Below, one piece after another: positions 60,730 through 64,000 of a stretch of 64,000 nucleotides of DNA. The notes beneath the pieces were generated by a model. That model saw only the letters and a program-made list of their open reading frames with translations, searched no databases and was not told the origin of the DNA. Location: contig OU015566.1 in the NCBI GenBank assembly GCA_907165135.1, forward strand, positions 3,844,001-3,908,000, written 5' to 3'. The stretch is from Oikopleura dioica. Taxonomy: Eukaryota; Animalia; Chordata. The position numbers were made by a program, and so were the translations under genes. Numbering within the stretch: the stretch's first letter is position 1; every line of letters begins with the position of its first letter.

Positions 60730-62750
60730 ATGGATCCTCCGAGTGTTTCTTCTGAAAAAGAGATGACTTCGCTTCCAATAATCGTCGTTGGAGCCGGAGC
60801 AGTAGGAACAGCCACTGCTCTCGCGCTCAGAAGAAGAGGAGAGAAGGTTCTTTTGCTGGAGCAATTTTTCATCGGACATCAGAGAGGGTCGTCTCACGGG
60901 CCTTCCAGAATCATCAGATATTTGTACGAGTCGGAGAGATATACGCTGATGATGCCAAATGGTAAGCTTTTTTTCACCAATGATTCTTGTTGATTCGAAA
61001 AAAATCCAAAACCATCTCAGCTGAGTACAGGCATTAACTATCTCATTTACTTCCGTTCATTCAAGGTCAAATAAAACACTGCTTATTTAACCCTCAGCTC
61101 TTCTTACGCAATAAAGAAAGAAAAATCTGGGCTCGACGTCCTGAGTAGAAAACCTTAGTCAGGGTTCTAAAAGGGTGAAATGAAAAGCCGCGCAGCGGCT
61201 TTTTATTTAAACGAAGCCGCAAAGCGGCTTCGCTAGATAAAATTCTTTATTGAGTTGATAACTATGGCGAAGCCGCTTTGCGGCTAAGTTTTGAAAGAAA
61301 GCCGCTACGCGGCTTTTCATTTCCCTCTTTTAGAATTCTGCTCAGGTTTTCTACTCAGGTTGCCGAGCCCAGAGTGAAAGGTCTTTATCAAAAATTAAGC
61401 ATACAAACTCTGGGCAAAGCTGGAAGATGAGCAAAATGTCAATCTCAACACAAAATGTGGAATTCTCAACATTTCCTCCGCCGCGCGAAAAAGCGTCTAC
61501 ACTGACATCTTGTCGAAAAACAACTTCAATTTTTCTGACAAAATCGATCATCTTCCGATGAAAACATGTGAAGAATTCGGCTACGTTTTGGAAGAGGAAG
61601 GAGGAGTTCTGGACGCAAGCGCGTGTCTTCGAGCGAGTTTTGATCAGTTTCTGAAAATCGGGGGCAAATTCATTGACGGATTCAAATTGAAGGATTTCCA
61701 AGACGACGGCAAGGAAACAGGATTTTTCAAGGACAGAAGGCAAGCATCAATGTTAAAATTAACACTCGGAAACCGCATCAATACAGAAGCTAAACATATC
61801 CGTGTCGGTGTCAAATTTAGGAGGGACAATGCTTCAAAGCTCCCTCAGCGCTTTAGCTTCCTTGAATTGTTTTTTTCATCCTGGCGGTTTTCGACATTTT
61901 CACAAAGAAAAATCCTTTCTAAGACTGTTACTGTATATTCTACCGACGGCAAAAGCCATGTGGGAAGAAAACTCATTCTGGGTAAAAATTTCTTCTTCTT
62001 CTCAAAAATATAATTTGCTCAAAGCTTGTGGTGCTTGGGCAAAGAAGATTCTGGCGAAAACAGGGCTAGAAATCCCCCTTGAAGTAATTAAAACAGAAGT
62101 GTCTTATTGGAAAGTGAAGCCTGATTTCGCTGGAAAGGTACTCTTGATATTCATGTATTCTGTTATCAAATTCAAAAGTACGACATAAGCTGCTTTCCTG
62201 CTGGAATCATTGACGTCAACAACGAAGAAACCGGCGAAATCTATCACTACTATTGGACACCAGGTTTTTTTTTCTACAACAAGCCCTTTTTCGGAATCTT
62301 TTGATAGTGAAAGAGTACCCGAATCTGATAAAAATTTCGTACCACGGAACCTATCGAGATGAAATCGACCCGGATGAGCGAGATGATCCGAAGAAAGAGT
62401 CGTCTGAGCGGGCAAAAGATCAGCGGGAAGATCACAAGAGGATAATTGATCTTCATTTCGAAGGAATTGACTCGTCCAATCCAGTTATCGTCGAGCCCTG
62501 CATGTACACTGTAAGAAATCATACCGAAAACATGACTAAAATCGTTAAAATTGGTCTCTAGAACACGCCTGACAACGATTTCATCCTCGATGTCCACCCA
62601 ACAATGAAAAATGTCGTCATCGGCGCAGGATTCTCCGGTCATGGATTCAAAATGTCGCCTGAAACCGGAGAAATTCTAGCGGAGCTTGCCCTTGAAAAAG
62701 AACCTACTTATGATATGAGCTTTTTCTCACTCGATCGATTCAATAAATAA
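60730..62750 (+). CDS. PIPOX: Sarcosine/L-pipecolate oxidase (PIPOX/MSOX family)
   Basis: [12 protein letters not shown] motif, [52 protein letters not shown]. Confidence 0.92.
61126..61373. mobile_element. MITE in a PIPOX intron with AAGCCGC-nnn-GCGGCT internal hairpins
   Basis: Inverted termini TCTGGGCTCG..CCTGAGTAGAAAACC. Confidence 0.7.
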
Positions 62751-62888
62751 AATTTTTGATGCAATGTAAAACTCCTCATAACTGAAGTATTCGGTCGCTC
62801 ATAATTTGCACAAATGTCAAGTCTATTTGCACAGAAACGCAGGAATCCAAATTTCATTAGTCGTCGGAAATCAAAAGAGAAAGAAAAA

Positions 62889-63831
62889 ATGGGATTTTGG
62901 GACATTCCAAACTTGAAACTCTATGGAATCCTTACCGCGCTCTTCATCCCCTTTCTTATCGTCAAAATTTGGACAGATTTGAAAAGTAAATTTGGAATTT
63001 TGATCTTTTTGAAATTCAATGATCGCTCGAAAATTGGAGAAGCTTTGGTCGAGATGCGAAAGTGCTTTCAAAAAGGCTCCTGCGTCATTTTTCGAGAATA
63101 CAAGCAGATAAAAATTGAAAAATACGAGTTTCTCAGAGACGTTTCGAAGTACAAGAGTTTTTCGCATATCCTCTGGGCAATTGGTCAAAAATTAAAATAG
63201 CAAAATCTAAATTTGAACAAAAAATGACCAAGAAAAAAGCTTCATTGCGAGTCTGAGTCGCATTTGGACTACATTCTCCCTAAAATTGAGCAGCGGCTGA
63301 ACAATGATCCTGTCGTTGCGAAATCAAAAACGATGAAGCTGAAAGATATTGGACTGGCGCACCTTTTCGACACGATTACTCTCGGAGTTTTCAACAAGAA
63401 AAAGACGTCAGAAAGGTTGGTTCTTTAATTGAGCTTGATTTGAAGGATGCCTTTAAGATTCCTGCGCTTTTACAGTCCACATGTTCGATACGGAGACTGG
63501 AGCAATCGAGACTGGTTCAACATCCTTAGGTAAGAGAACTGAAAGAGCTAGAAATCGAGCCTTTTTAGTCTTATGTACACGTCGGGAATGGAGCGAATTT
63601 CGCGAATTCAAGGCTTCGCTGAATACAAAATGCTCCAAGAGCGTTTTCCTACTCCATCTGGCGGCTTGGTCGAGTCCAAAAAAGACTCGGTCGTTTTCGT
63701 CGAAGTCACTTTTCCCTCCGAAGACAAAGATTCTGTTTGAAATAAAGAAGGCAAATTCTCATTTTTCGCAAGCTTTCCAAGATTTATTTGAAGCTGAAAA
63801 GAGGAAATACAGAAAAAATACAGGAGGATGA
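62889..63831 (+). CDS. Uncharacterised protein with an N-terminal transmembrane segment
   Basis: MGFWDIPNLKLYGILTALFIPFLIVKIW followed by several short exons. Confidence 0.4.
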
Positions 63832-64000
63832 AATTTGTTTGTTGGACAGGGAGAAAAAGCAACTTATGTTTACAATTTTTAAACCGGGGAAAAATGGTGA
63901 CTTGCTGGTTGATTTAACAGATTGTTTGAACGAGCGTAGGCAGATAATAATGAACAAAGATATTTGGGGAGGGGATTTAAATGAAAGGCTGATTGACGCT

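Noticed and set aside
1-64000. tRNA, rRNA, SL RNA genes or CRISPR arrays
   Set aside because: None recognised by eye; the repeats present are transposon termini. A tRNAscan/Infernal run would be needed to exclude small RNA genes.

Overview
Eukaryotic, very compact genomic DNA with many 35-60 bp introns, several non-canonical GA/GC/GG 5' splice donors, tightly packed same-strand gene clusters and dense MITE insertions. These traits point to the larvacean tunicate Oikopleura dioica or a close relative (inference only). Recognisable genes: FPGS, a divergent TGF-beta-like cystine knot, a secreted SUEL-lectin protein, a PUF60-like splicing factor, a caspase, a CYP4 P450, a trypsin-like protease, an SRSF10-like SR protein, an HS2ST/UST-type sulfotransferase, a RERG/RASL-like GTPase, a double TTF-zinc-finger protein, two Nudix/DUF4743 paralogs, two CNDP2 paralogs, a thioredoxin-like protein, a TSP1-repeat protein and PIPOX. 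A non-autonomous gag-protease LTR retrotransposon with identical TA...TA-ended LTRs sits in the PUF60-like intron and carries a nested pogo transposon, itself interrupted by a MITE. Highlights: (1) a neuropeptide precursor missed by the ORF track, with five KR-flanked GYS(M/I)Pxx heptapeptides; (2) TIR elements inserted in coding exons that appear removable as in-frame introns (introner-like), one with its only terminal TIR mismatch forming the GT and AG; (3) a caspase ending in a CaaX prenylation box; (4) an intergenic hairpin array that could be a miRNA cluster. All exon structures and translations were read by eye and are approximate.
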